Below, piece after piece: positions 53,533 through 54,242 of a DNA stretch of 54,242 bases; positions within the stretch are counted from its first letter, which is position 1; the number at the start of each line of letters is the position of its first letter. The stretch is taken from IMG/VR virus record IMGVR_UViG_3300046835_000018, positions 1 to 54,242 of that record. One strand, given 5' to 3'. The notes below the pieces were generated by a model, which saw only the letters and a program-made list of their open reading frames with translations, did no database searches and was not told where the DNA came from. Position numbers and translations under genes: made by a program. The DNA is from a virus (lineage: Duplodnaviria; Caudoviricetes).

Positions 53533-53709
53533 ATGGAGATACGCGAACAAATCATGCAATACCTGGAGGATTTGGGCGAAATCGCGACAGAACATGCGAA
53601 TTCGTGCAAAACCTGCTGGAATCCGGAAACTTCCGGACAATGCATGCTAAAAGCGACGATAACGGTCGAAATTATGACCTATCGGCGTAAGTTCTCCGAA
53701 ACCGTCTAA
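53533..53709 (+). CDS. Small HxxxCxxC protein
   Basis: AAGGAG upstream; HANSCKTC...C. Confidence 0.5.
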   Translation: MEIREQIMQYLEDLGEIATEHANSCKTCWNPETSGQCMLKATITVEIMTYRRKFSETV

Positions 53710-54098
53710 AACCGGTCCAAACCATCTAATGTCCGGATATGCGTCGATAAAAGCGGATTTGTTACGAAGAAAGAGGATAAACCGTCCTCTATGCGGATTT
53801 GTCCGGATTTAACCGGACATTCGCCGACATAAGGAGGTTTCGTATGAAAAGGTACGTTAAGCGCGAGTTCTGGCCGGTTCGAGCCGATTTAGCCGAGTTT
53901 GCGTCGTATCCGCTCGCTATATGCGGATGTTGCCGGATATTTTCCGGTATCGCCGGATATGGCCGGAGAAAGGACCTAATCATCCGATAACTGCCGATAT
54001 GTCCGGACAAATCCGTATAGAAGGCGGTTTATCCTGATTAGTCCGGGTTGAGCCGTTTTGGCCGGATTTGTCCGGCTATATCCGGCTTTAGCCCCAGA

Positions 54099-54242
54099 TG
54101 ATCCGGTTTAGACTGGATCATCCCTACGATCCGGAATCGAGACCTCGCTACACAGGTCCGGATCGTCCGATCCACAGCCTCTTTGCTTCCGATCCTGAAG
54201 ATCTTTTTAGGGGGGGGGGGGGGGGGGGAAGTTGTGGAGGTT
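54099..54242. repeat. Terminal direct repeat / circular overlap (right copy)
   Basis: Matches 1-142. Confidence 0.9.

Larger units (their letters stand above)
53031..54106. repeat. Degenerate 10-bp periodic (WW-CCGG-WW) array
   Basis: All ~25 CCGG start at positions 2-4 modulo 10; AA/AT/TT fall half a turn away. Confidence 0.85.

Noticed and set aside
54099-54242. True biological direct terminal repeat
   Set aside because: Cannot be distinguished from an assembler overlap breaking at a G homopolymer without reads
1-54242. Temperate module (integrase, repressor, parAB), reverse transcriptase/DGR, or intron/intein
   Set aside because: No ORF with the corresponding motifs was recognised; polymerase, helicase and terminase appear uninterrupted

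Overview
The window is essentially one complete, circularly assembled ~54.1-kb siphovirus genome: bases 1-142 reappear at 54099-54242. The host is most likely an actinobacterium, judged from the endolysin and secreted-protein types. No integrase or repressor was recognised. The + arm (0.2-28.2 kb) carries many small early genes, an SNF2-like helicase, a secreted beta-helix protein, a Cas4-like nuclease/AAA ATPase/SSB trio and a primase-helicase. It also carries a 7-deazaguanine DNA-modification cluster (queC, queD, queE, folE, a MazG-like NTP pyrophosphatase, a TGT/DpdA-like enzyme), followed directly by a UDG-fused family A DNA polymerase, an HNH protein and a RuvC-like resolvase. The - arm (52.6-28.2 kb) is the virion and lysis module, with Mu-like portal/protease and a -1 frameshifted tail chaperone. 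The most unusual signals are non-coding. (i) About 13 intergenic tRNA-like folds (acceptor-like stem, T-loop-like hairpin, 3' RCG, no usable anticodon) punctuate the early region. (ii) Four dispersed 93-bp elements have identical AGAC/GTCT spacing (11/40/11/10/11). (iii) A ~1.07-kb segment next to the small terminase has strict 10-bp CCGG/AT phasing. (iv) A CCCACAGGG motif occurs ~13 times, mostly between genes. All counts and folds were made by eye and need computational confirmation.
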